Below, piece by piece: positions 42,521 to 57,900 of a stretch of 64,000 bases of DNA. This DNA is from the human T2T-CHM13v2.0 reference genome, Homo sapiens. The position numbers and the translations under genes are program-made. Below the pieces are notes generated by a model that worked only from the letters and a program-made list of their open reading frames with translations, was not told the DNA's origin and searched no databases. The stretch is taken from NCBI RefSeq assembly GCF_009914755.1, contig NC_060930.1. One strand, 5' to 3'. Each line of letters begins with the position of its first letter. The stretch's first letter is position 1.

Positions 42521-44360
42521 ACCATTTGTTCTTTCCGATCATCTATCCCTTTACGAATTTTATTTTTATTCCGGATTGTTAATGCAAGACGACAGTTTGA
42601 ATCTCCATTTACCTCTGCCTGAACACAAGAAGCCCTGAGTCTTTTGAAGCCGGGCACCAAAGTTAAAGATTCACTTCCCGCATTCCCCATGGCCCCCTCT
42701 TGCAGCTTAGCTCGGCTCTGAGCCCCCGAAACGCCCTTCGAGGCGGGGGCTTTCCTGCCAAGGGGCGATAGGTGGGCCATCCCGAGGCGGGAACGATCAG
42801 GTAGGTGTTGGCTGGCTTTCTCCTGGGTGAGTAGTTAGGGGAACCGCCCCTCCAGGGGACTTAGATGACATTAAATTATCCCATCACACAAACTTCCCGT
42901 GGAGGTCTGCCCCCAGGAGGGCAACTATCGGATTAATCCAACCATGTAGACAGGCAATATGGATCACTTTGTCTTTAAAACAATCGAAAACCAAACGCTC
43001 TTTTCGTTTATTGTAGAAATTTTTCTACTAAGGACGGGGCTGAATTGGAGGGACTGTGCTGACAAATCCTCTACTTGAAAATCCCCCAGCTAAGGAGTAT
43101 CTGCCCAAGGTCGCGGCCACCCAGATGTTCGGTCCCCACTCCTTCCTCCGCTGAAAAGTCGCACCGATGACTAACGTTGCCTGCCGGCCTGGTGGTTTGA
43201 AAACGAATGCCGGGCATTGATGCAAGGATATCCTCCCCTACCCCTGGGATTCTGGTCTAAGCAAAGGAGGCCGAATGGAGAACTAAGACAATTATCTAAG
43301 TAATCTAAAAAGCTCAAAGACATCCCCAAGCGGACCTTGCTCCAGTGGTCTGTGATGGCAGCCTAGTGGACAGTTTTCTAGTGGCCCTCTGGGGTTAATT
43401 GCCTTAATCTTCCACTCTGTCTGCCCCAGCAAAGGGAAAGATGCTAAAGCAGCTGTGGACTTGCAGCCTCCCTCCTGTGTGTGCAGAGCCCCCAGGAATC
43501 ACTGCCCCAGTGCAGCAGGAGAAGCGCCTTCCCTCATGCCCTAAGCCTGCCTTTTCTGTTGTCCCCCAGCTCCTGGGCCAGGTGGAGCCCCCCCTGAAGC
43601 TGGTTTCTACCTGCCCTCGCCTCCCCACTGCAGCCCACAGTTCGGCTTTCAGGGCTGAACCCAGAGCCCAGAGGATGGAGAAGCCAGAAAGCGGGGAGGT
43701 AAGGGAGAGGGCGTCTAGGCACACCACAGAGGTGATTGGGCTGTGACGGGGACAATCCGCACAACACGAGCTAAGCTCACACCCCTAGGGAGTGATTTTT
43801 CCGGACTGCCCCCATCCCAATCTCCACCTCCTCTGCTTTACTTGAAAAAGAAAAAGAAAAAAGAGAGCTCCTTCTGGCTCCTGGTGACCCATATTTAGGA
43901 CACCATCCCATCCCCCAGCACACACATTCCTACAGTGTCACCTGGTCCCCAATCCGAGCATTTCCTGGAGTGCTCGCCACATTCCCCTTCCTGGTGCTTT
44001 TCTATGGTGGGGCCAGGGGAGGCCTTGTTTTGAACATCGCTGTGACGTCACTCCCCCTCCTCCGAGCTAAGCACCCCTCGGTGGGCCCTGGGAATTGTTG
44101 CCCGGCCTGCTGGGGAGGGGCGGAGTGTGGGCCCAGGGAGGGTTCCACCAAACATCCATTACCGCTGTCGCCTGCGGGGCCTTCAGGCTGCAAGTACGTG
44201 AGGTGTCAGAAAAGAAGCCGAAGGGTTCCCGTGGGGGCTCTTCTGCCAAATGAGTCAAGAGATGTGCGGAAGCGGATGATTGAAGTACCCCGTGGAGTAG
44301 CAGAAAGGGGCATCAAAAACTGTAACCTGAAAATAAAAGCTTTAACCTGTTCCCCAAAAG
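42520..44360 (+). ncRNA. FOXCUT: FOXC1 upstream transcript lncRNA (approximate extent)
   Basis: Position 3-5 kb upstream of FOXC1 on the same strand matches FOXCUT as I recall it. Sequence support: upstream CpG island, donor-like CAG|GTAGGT at 42800/42801, AATAAA at 44332-44337, no long ORF. Exon structure cannot be determined from the sequence alone. Confidence 0.6.
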
Positions 44361-45499
44361 ACTTCATGCCTGCGTCTTAATGTTCAAATAACACCACTAA
44401 CAACAAAAATGAAATAAGAAAAGTGCTTGAAATACAATCAAGCCGCTTACTGGAGGCTTGCTTCCGAGTAAGTTTATAAAACACAAATGCAAATATCTTT
44501 TCCTGGCGAATATCCAGAGCTAAACCAGTGGAAAGTTGATCTTGATAAAACTACGTCCCTCCATTTTTTCTCGCACGCCAGACACTAATTTCACAACGGC
44601 GACTTTTATACCCAAAACGGAGAGCTGAGAACACCGCTGCAGGTCGATTTGCAATTTACATAACAAGCTGTTTACACTTCACTGGGCCGATGGAGGGAGG
44701 AGGCAGGGAAGAGCAGGAGGCGACAGGCTGGTGGGGGAGGGGGCAGCGGGGCACCATTGCCTGTTGCAAAACTCGGGGCCGAAGGCGTTTCCCGCATTCG
44801 GAAAACAAAGCATCCGTAATCGCTGCGTTCATCTCCGCGCACCGCTAGCAGTGTAAAAGGCAGCTTCAAGACCGAACTCACCACTTGCTGAGGTGTTCAG
44901 GGAGACCACTTAAATCTCCTCCAGGCTGAAGCCACAGCACTCCTTAAAGCCTCGACCAGGCGGGCTGATAAGACCTTCAGGGTGCCGGGCTGGGGGCTGA
45001 ACAGGAATTAAGTGTTCAGGTCCTGGGGCTTCACCACCACCCTCGCCCCTGTCTAGTGTCCTTGGCAACCAGCAAGTGCTGAGCCTCCTGTTGGTGCTTC
45101 TCCAACCCACCAGTGACTTGGCCCGCAAACCACCTGGAAAAGGAGTCTCCAGAGACCCCGGCGCACAGCAGGCCAGGAGGCAGCTGCCCCGGGATTCAGA
45201 GCAACCTCGGGGCAACCCTCCCTCCTCCAAAGGCTAATTCTAGAAGAGGCAGGTCCTCTTTCCTTCGATGTCAATGTCCATTATGAAACAGTAATTTTTA
45301 AATATTCAGGTGACACGGAGATGCGCCTGCTACACGTCAGCGTCCTTCACATGTAACAGCCGAAGCTGCAATTTGAATTTTCCTGCCAACGTGAGGAAGC
45401 CGGGATTCGAACCGGGGAGACAAAAGGGGTCCCGAACATGTCCTTGGATTTAATAGATGGTCGGAAATCAGGGGCAGCGGAGCTGTTAAATGCGTCACG

Positions 45500-49111
<3,612 letters not shown>

Positions 49112-50900
49112 CACACCCTCAAAGCCGAACTAAATCGAACCCCAAAGCAGGAAAAGCTAAAGGAACCCATCAAGGCAAAATCGAAACTAAAAAAAAAAAA
49201 TCCAATTAAAAAAAACCCCTGAGAATATTCACCACACCAGCGAACAGAATATCCCTCCAAAAATTCAGCTCACCAGCACCAGCACGAAGAAAACTCTATT
49301 TTCTTAACCGATTAATTCAGAGCCACCTCCACTTTGCCTTGTCTAAATAAACAAACCCGTAAACTGTTTTATACAGAGACAGCAAAATCTTGGTTTATTA
49401 AAGGACAGTGTTACTCCAGATAACACGTAAGTTTCTTCTTGCTTTTCAGAGACCTGCTTTCCCCTCCTCCCGTCTCCCCTCTCTTGCCTTCTTCCTTGCC
49501 TCTCACCTGTAAGATATTATTTTATCCTATGTTGAAGGGAGGGGGAAAGTCCCCGTTTATGAAAGTCGCTTTCTTTTTATTCATGGACTTGTTTTAAAAT
49601 GTAAATTGCAACATAGTAATTTATTTTTAATTTGTAGTTGGATGTCGTGGACCAAACGCCAGAAAGTGTTCCCAAAACCTGACGTTAAATTGCCTGAAAC
49701 TTTAAATTGTGCTTTTTTTCTCATTATAAAAAGGGAAACTGTATTAATCTTATTCTATCCTCTTTTCTTTCTTTTTGTTGAACATATTCATTGTTTGTTT
49801 ATTAATAAATTACCATTCAGTTTGAATGAGACCTATATGTCTGGATACTTTAATAGAGCTTTAATTATTACGAAAAAAGATTTCAGAGATAAAACACTAG
49901 AAGTTACCTATTCTCCACCTAAATCTCTGAAAAATGGAGAAACCCTCTGACTAGTCCATGTCAAATTTTACTAAAAGTCTTTTTGTTTAGATTTATTTTC
50001 CTGCAGCATCTTCTGCAAAATGTACTATATAGTCAGCTTGCTTTGAGGCTAGTAAAAAGATATTTTTCTAAACAGATTGGAGTTGGCATATAAACAAATA
50101 CGTTTTCTCACTAATGACAGTCCATGATTCGGAAATTTTAAGCCCATGAATCAGCCGCGGTCTTACCACGGTGATGCCTGTGTGCCGAGAGATGGGACTG
50201 TGCGGCCAGATATGCACAGATAAATATTTGGCTTGTGTATTCCATATAAAATTGCAGTGCATATTATACATCCCTGTGAGCCAGATGCTGAATAGATATT
50301 TTCCTATTATTTCAGTCCTTTATAAAAGGAAAAATAAACCAGTTTTTAAATGTATGTATATAATTCTCCCCCATTTACAATCCTTCATGTATTACATAGA
50401 AGGATTGCTTTTTTAAAAATATACTGCGGGTTGGAAAGGGATATTTAATCTTTGAGAAACTATTTTAGAAAATATGTTTGTAGAACAATTATTTTTGAAA
50501 AAGATTTAAAGCAATAACAAGAAGGAAGGCGAGAGGAGCAGAACATTTTGGTCTAGGGTGGTTTCTTTTTAAACCATTTTTTCTTGTTAATTTACAGTTA
50601 AACCTAGGGGACAATCCGGATTGGCCCTCCCCCTTTTGTAAATAACCCAGGAAATGTAATAAATTCATTATCTTAGGGTGATCTGCCCTGCCAATCAGAC
50701 TTTGGGGAGATGGCGATTTGATTACAGACGTTCGGGGGGGTGGGGGGCTTGCAGTTTGTTTTGGAGATAATACAGTTTCCTGCTATCTGCCGCTCCTATC
50801 TAGAGGCAACACTTAAGCAGTAATTGCTGTTGCTTGTTGTCAAAATTTGATCATTGTTAAAGGATTGCTGCAAATAAATACACTTTAATTTCAGTCAAAA
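49112..50900 (+). other. FOXC1: FOXC1 3'UTR (~1.8 kb, AU-rich)
   Basis: Abrupt switch to AT-rich sequence after the stop codon. Distal AATAAA at 50873-50878, after which GC-rich sequence resumes. Confidence 0.85.
50873..50878 (+). terminator. Probable main FOXC1 polyadenylation signal
   Basis: AATAAA at the end of the AT-rich UTR. Cleavage expected at ~50897-50900. Confidence 0.75.
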
Positions 50901-50919
50901 ACTGCTCTACGTGGCCTGT

Positions 50920-52640
50920 GATTCGCTCGGTCCCCTCCCCCAGGGTCGTAACCTAATCGCCGGGAAGATCGCAGCGGCGCTGGCGCGGGTGTCTCCTCGG
51001 GGCAGGCGGGCTGGGGGTGGCCTCACGGCCCCGTTTAAATCTCGCTGGGCTGTCGCGGCGCTAGGTCCCGGGGCTGCCTCCAGCTTCCTCGGGTTACAGC
51101 CTCTTTCGGGGCGGGGGAAGGGGAGGGGGTGACGGTAGAGACTCCACCGCCAGTCTCCAGGAGTTTGGTGTGATCGCTCCACTTTGGGGAGCCCGGCGAG
51201 GAGCTGGGATTTGCGGACAAAGGGCCCGCGGCCGGAGCTGGGGTGTCGAGGCCCGGAAGGGGAGCTGCAGCAGGTGACTCACGGCCCTGTCCCCACGGGC
51301 GGGCTGGCCCAGCCCGAGGCGGAGCAGCTCGGCCGCCGGAGACGGTACCGTTCTCGACGTGTCCGGTCGGACTCTGTGGAGTAGGGGGTGGCGGGTGGAG
51401 ACCCGCGCGGCCCACGCCTGGCTTTCCGGCTGGGGCGTTTCTCGCAGGCCCGGTCCCTTCCGAGTCGCGCCCGCCCCGACGCCGGCCTCCTGGACGCCGC
51501 TCGCGACGGCAACGCTCTCCAGCTAATGAGCTGTAATTACCCGCGGCGGCGCGGGGCCCGGCTTCGGTTTGCGTTTGGAGCTCCTTCCTCCCCACACCCC
51601 CCTCCCCAGATTAGCCCCGGCCTCCGCGGCCTCCTCCTGAAATTAGTCGTTGGAGAAAAGCGAGTCAAAGGGAGACCCCTGTTAGTTTCGCTGGGTTCCT
51701 CGCGGGCTGGGTCGGGGTGCCGGGAAGCGCGCGCTGAGGGAGGGTGGCAGGCGCGCGGTGCCGGGGACGGGGACGGGGCGGGGGGCGCCGAGCCGGGAGA
51801 AGCGCCCTCGGGGCTCCGGCCGAGAAGCTCGGAGGAGCCCGCTCCCTCGCCCGGTCACCCCGCGTCTCCGCCTGGCGCCGCAGGGCCCCGCCGAGCTCTC
51901 ACTTCCTCCTCGCTGGCCTCCTTTGTTGTGAAGACGCACGTGTGTTTAGGAGCGCAGCTGGGGTGGAAAGGTCAGAGGCACTTCATTGCTCACGGGTGAC
52001 AGCTCGCCCCGCGCCGGCCCGCAGCCTCCAGGCGCGGGACCCGGAGCTGCGCGTTTGCAGGGCCACCCCCGGCCCACCCGCCTCGGCCTGGCCGCACCAG
52101 ACCTGCCCGGGCCGGCGCTGCGGCCCCAGGCGGCCTCCCCGGCAGGGCTGCGTCCTCGCGCGGTGTGTGAGGTTTGCAGAGGCCACCAGTCGCTTGGCAG
52201 TGGCCGTGCGGGGAGTCGCTCGGCCTCAAGGATGCCAGAAGCCCTCGGGCGAGCTGCAGGCTCAGCGTGTTCCGAGCCCACGTGCCTGCGACTCTCCACT
52301 CTCCTTGGGTCTCGGCTTTGCGGCCCGGAGGAGGTGGCGGCCGCAGTCAGCCCCGGCCTAGGCCCAGGTCGGCAGTGGAAAGCTCGGCGGGCTTTTCTGC
52401 ACCGTTCCCAGCGGCGGGAGCGAGCTGGGAAAGAGTCGACCCGCTCCCGGCTGGGGGCCCTGCCGAGTCTGGCCTGCCGAGGAGTGGGCCGAGAGCAGCC
52501 CCTGTCCTTCCTTGCGGGGCTCCAGTCCCAGCTGCAGGAGAGGAAGCGGGTACGGGGCGAAGCGCGGTGCTTCGGTTTCCGTGGCCAGCGAGGAGCCCCT
52601 GGCCCACAGGTCGAGAGTGTTTATAGGCGTGCGCGAGCAA
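50920..52640. promoter_or_regulatory. CpG island immediately downstream of FOXC1
   Basis: About 1.7 kb, GC- and CpG-dense. Confidence 0.8.
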
Positions 52641-55600
52641 AGCTTCTTAGCAACTTGCTTTACCCTCTTCTATTCGAATGTTTGAAAATTAGGCATGAAA
52701 CACACATGTGTCTAAGAAGGTGTTTGTGTTAAACATACATGACGTAGTCATTTCTGCACTCGTTGCCTGTGCAAGTTTAGAAGCTATGTTGAGTGGAAGG
52801 AGAGAAGTTCTGCTCATTATTCGGATTTTAAAAACCACATCTAGGTAATGTCTCCTACTATCAGTACATTACCTTTTCGATTCTCACACCCGATTTAAGA
52901 AAACCAACTTCTGCCAACCTTATTTAACGTGGCACTACTTATTCCTTAGAGGTTTGCACGTTTGGTTTGTACTGTTTTAGGAATAAGGATAATTTTCCTG
53001 TGAAATATTCTAAGAAAAACTCCTTGATAGTTTAACTAATAGCCAGTACATTTTGAAATTAGCCTGTGACAGCAGTCCAGATCCATGGCGGGGAATCAGC
53101 TAATTTTTAAAATAGCCTCTGTAAAAAGCTTTAGGAGAGTAAGTATTTTGTCCTTTATGCAGAAATGGGCACATTTATTTTAATAGCAATTTATGCCACG
53201 ACTACACAAATGCCAGCATGCCACATGCCATAGGCAGTCTTGCATTTGGCATGTTGCACGTGTGGGAGGGACCGGTGCTGACTTCTCCAGGGTTGTGTAG
53301 TTAGCAGACCTTTTTCTCCAGACTGAGTGCAAACAAGCATGCATTTTACAATTTATTATTCCACAAAATTTGTGTCATTAATAATCGATGCTTGCAAAGG
53401 AATAGGGCTCGATTGTACTGGTGGCCTGTAAGCTCCTGGCTGTTTCCTGCCGGGTCAGAAACAAGGGTCAGGAAACAAGAGTGCCTTATAGTCCTATTGG
53501 GCTCTCCCTAACTTTGATAGGCGAGGAAAGGACATAGGGCAGGGGTCTCCGTTTCTAAGGCGGAATGTCATTAGTTTTGTTCTTAATGGTGCAAAACCCA
53601 AGAGACTCTGAACCCTCTGCAGGTGGAGGCTGCCTGGACAGATTGCCCAGGAGGGACAAGAGGTATCCATACTTGATCAGGCCTCAGGCACCCACACCAG
53701 TGTTCTCTGAGGCTGTTAGTGGCACCCAAAGCAAGGCCAGTTGGAGTGACAGTTTCCCTCTACTCCTGCCCCACCTCTGAGAGCTCTGTGAGAGGGGCTC
53801 TCATTTGCGAGGCCACCCCCCCCTCCCCCAACCCCGGCCATTTGCTTCAGAGCTTAGCTCCGAGTCCCCTGCTCCTTGGGCCTGCCTGGTATTGCAGGGC
53901 CTTCTCCACTACAGGCATTTCATGGACAGTTCATGAAGCCATTAGCCCTTCCCACCCGTCATAAACAAATGTCGTGTTAGGGGCAAGATTGATGGTGGCC
54001 AAGTCATAAAGCTGGCCAGGCAGGACAGAATATGATTGTGTGCGGGCAGCCATTCTTCAGCCAAGCAGAGAGATTGGGGTGTAGGACCAAGAGACTGTGT
54101 CAGTCTTCCCCCCACCCATCTGAGGGGGGAGCTCAGGAGAGCTCCCGACAGGGAAGTTTAATTTATTCTGACAACGTCCACTTAGGCAGGAAGAGAAACC
54201 CACTGAGATTTGCCATGGGGCCCTAAATGCCAGCTTCAGAAAGCCCACTTTCTGAAATCTTCTATTTCCATTTATAACAAAGCCAAAAGTTTCCCTGCAA
54301 AGAGCTTTTATTATTGATGCTTTCCCTCCCACCTTAACCGAATGTCTTCCTTTGCAGCTGGGGCTCTGTCTTCTTGTCTGAAGCTTCCGAGGCCTTGATT
54401 TCCCACCCTCTTTTATCCCATCTCCCCCTTTTCGGTGGGAATGCATCATAACCATTAGGCTCTGTGCGTCTTTGTGTCTGTCTCTTCGTCTCTGTCACTT
54501 TTCCCCATCCTTTTCCCTTCCTGCCCCCACAGAAGGCTGTGGGGCCCCAAAGTTTCTCTGGGATGTCCCCACTCCGAGCCCAGCTCAGGGGCCTGCATGC
54601 CTGCCCTCCACTGCACCATCTGGGGGATGGGCCGGATGCAGCCCTGATGCGGAGCTTGCGCCCAGGCCTCAACAGACTTGGGGCCACACTGCAGCCGGAC
54701 AGGCAGGTTCCAGGTCCTAGTCGGCTGGGAAAGAAACAATACTTAAGTAAATGAATTCCAGCTCCAAAACCCATTTAGGAAAATGAAAGCAGCTTCTCCA
54801 CGAACCTTCTCAACGTGATTACGACTGGAAAATTGAGCAAAATGTACCATATCTACCTTATTGGAAACCAAAGTACGACGCGGGGAGCGTATGGCTCAAT
54901 TTAAGACCTTTGTTGTGCTCCTTTCCCATCTTACCCTGGCCCCAAAGAGACCCTCTGGTTTATATTACTTTTTTGGTTGTTTACTTGATTTTTTCCCTCA
55001 CTGATTTCAAATTTGCAGCATATTGAGCGTATTACGGGAGATGCAGTAGGATCTGGAATTTCCTTGCACATAGACCTGGCCCTGTCTTGGAGAAGGCTGG
55101 AGCTCACACAGGGAGACACAGCCAGAGAGAAGAGGCTGGGTCTGTGTGGTCCTCGGGGAGGGCTTGGAATTGCTCCCAGCTCAGAATCTCCCTGCCTGGG
55201 GTTGGGAGGGTGACCTGGCAAGCCTCAATGGGGCTTCTCCCGGGCCCCCTCCTGGTCCAGAGGATGCCTCCCTTTCTCCAAAGAGCATCTTCTTTCTCTG
55301 GCGTGTCCGTGGGCCCCTCCAAGCCCACTGGTCCCCATGGGTGTCATTAGGACTTGACGGGCCCACCCTCTCCTGCAGCTGCCACTGCAGGCCGCTCCTA
55401 CTGAGGGGACTCAGTGGGCTGCTCCTTGGCCCCCTAAGTCAACACAGCTTGGTGCTACTTGGGTGGGCATGGGAGAGCAATTTGTGAGCCCAGCAAGTGA
55501 GCATCAGAGCGGGAGCCAGGACCAGGCAGTGAGGCCTCTGGCTTGACCCAAGTGGTGGGACCCCAGGCAGGGCCTAGAGAGGCGGAGGAGGCTCCAGGGA

Positions 55601-55859
55601 GGGGCTCCAGCGGGGTGGTTATGTGGTTCCCTGTACTCAAGGTTGGGAAAGGAAGGAGTTTTTTGGAGAGCTTTGAGGACGACTTAGATCCCGAGATGGG
55701 GGAGAGGGAGATGGAAAGAGAGGGGGAGGGAAGACGTGGAGAGAGGGACATCCCCCCTCCCATTACCTACCCCGGGGAAAAAGCAGGAAAACCAACACAT
55801 TTAGCGCCATTAACTCTTAAGGCCTCCACATTTCCTTCGGTATAAAAGCAGGTCATTGG

Positions 55860-57900
55860 TCCCGGAGGCTGTGCCGGGGCTCGTCAAAGGCTACAAACAA
55901 ACCGGACGGGTGGGAAGCACGTTTCAGCGGCGACTGGATTTTTAAAAATCTGCTGGTAGAGTGAAAACAAAAATTGTCCTCCAAGTTGGCAAAATCGGCG
56001 TCCCAGACGGTGCGCAGGAGGGCCCTGCGAGGCCTGTCCCCGGAGCCCCGCGCCAGTCCTGTAGGCCCGGCTGGGTCCGCAGCCCGGTGTTCCACTCGTG
56101 GGTCGGGCCCGGCTGCGGGGTCTTTCCGCAGCCGGGACACCCAGGACAGCAGCGGCTGGGGAGCCGGGGCCAGGGGCTTCCTTGCAATTCCAATGATTTT
56201 TATTATTATCACTCGCAAAGGACAAACGCGGCCAAGGCCGGGCCTCACAGTGGCTGTGCTGGTCATCGCGTGGAGGAGTGTGCGCTAACCCAGGGGCGAG
56301 GGGGGCGCGCCCGGTGTCCCGGGGAGAGCTTAGAAGGAAGACGCCCCACCGTGGTCCCTACAGTCAGGGACAGTCTGGGTGCTAGAAATTCCCAGAGAGA
56401 ACTCGAGGGGCTGATGTCCTGGGTCACCAGTCCCTGGTGCCTGTGGGGCTTCCTGCGCGCCCACCCCCATCCCCCTCCCCCCTCTCAGGTTCGACGGATT
56501 CTCCCGGAGGCTTAGGACAGTGATTTACAGTAAGTGGTGACAGTGGAATAACGTGACAGTCCGCTGCATTTGCCAGCTGGCTCCTGGGCAGGCCTACCCG
56601 CCGGGCCCGACCCCAGAGTCGAGTCCTCGGAGCCGCCGGGTAAAGCCCCCTCCCCCGCCCCGGTGCAGCCCCGCGTTCCCCGCGCCCGGCGCTGCCGGGG
56701 AAAAGTGGCACAACAGGAAAGCCTCGCCAGAGGGCCCTTCCCAGTCGGCTTCCTCGCCATAAAAAGCCAGACTCCAGCCGAGGTCCTGACCCCTTCCAAA
56801 TATACGTTCCCTTGCCCGCGGCCCGCCACTCCCGCCCGGGCCTCGGGCTGTGCAGCTTCCTCCTAGGCCTGCCCGGGCCCATGCCTCCCCCGAAGCGGCG
56901 GGAGTCGGTGCAGCCTCAACTTCTACTGCGTGTCCCAGGTCGCCAACCAGCTTTGCTCGCGTGCCGTTGGCCCGGAGGCTGCCGCGCCAGTCTCTGCGTG
57001 CGCCTGAGCGCGCTGGAGCATTTGCGAGGCCAGGGCTGCCGACGGCGAGAGGATACTTTGAGGAACACGGTGCTTCAGTCCCGCCCCCGCTCTCCGCCCG
57101 AGCTGGAGGTTGGGGCGCGCTGAGCCGCAGCGCCTGGACAAGTGCGCGGGCCGGAGCCGCCCAGGCCTGCACCCGGGGGCTCGCGGCCGACGCATGCGCA
57201 CGCGCGGTGGCGGGTCTGCAGGCCCGAAGGCCCGGCCCCTCCCTCAAACCCGGAGCGGGGAAGCCCAGGGGCTGAGAGCCTCGGCCCGGGTCGCAGGAGC
57301 TGGGGAGCGGGGACGCGGGCAGGCTAGGTCTTCCCACCTGCCGTCGGGGCTCCTCCCCGCAGCAGCAAAGGGGTCCCAGTGCCCGTGGCAGTGCATGCCC
57401 CAGCGGACACGCTGGCTCCCAAATTCAGAGATCAGAGGGGCGGCTGAGAACGGGGCGTCCGCTGTGTGTGACCCCTGACCGTGGAGGAAGGGCGGGAGCC
57501 GGGAGTAGGCGGTGGGGCCCGGGGTCAGGCCGCGGTCGTCGGCTCCCGGCAAAGGCGCTCTGGCCGGGGAAGGGGGCGAGGGTGGGCGGCCGGCCTCTGC
57601 CGTCGTAGTCATACCTGGGACGTTGAAATGGGCTTTGGGGATAGAGCTCACTCCCAGCGCGCCCCACAGGAGAAGCCCGCAGCTCAGGCCTGGGCCGTGC
57701 AGACCGCTGGGCGGGCTCGGGGCCCGAGGAGAGCAACACGGCGCGAGGTCCAGTCGCGAGTAATAACCCCGACAGCACGGCCCCTCGAAGACGTGTTCCG
57801 GGCACCGGGGTTGTGAGCGGGGGAGCCTCGGGCCTTGGGCCCGCTTGGCACGGGGCGGGGGCGCCTCCTCCAACTCCTGGAGATCAGGCCCAGACCCCGG
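55860..57900. promoter_or_regulatory. Intergenic CpG island between FOXC1 and GMDS
   Basis: About 2 kb, GC- and CpG-dense. A smaller CpG-rich patch follows at ~58420-58750. Confidence 0.8.

Noticed and set aside
41235-42582. Overlapping 435-aa (-) and 413-aa (+) ORFs
   Set aside because: Both coincide with a CpG island where stop codons are rare. The sequence is Pro/Arg/Gly/Ala-rich with no homology I recognise. Ribo-seq or PhyloCSF support would be needed.
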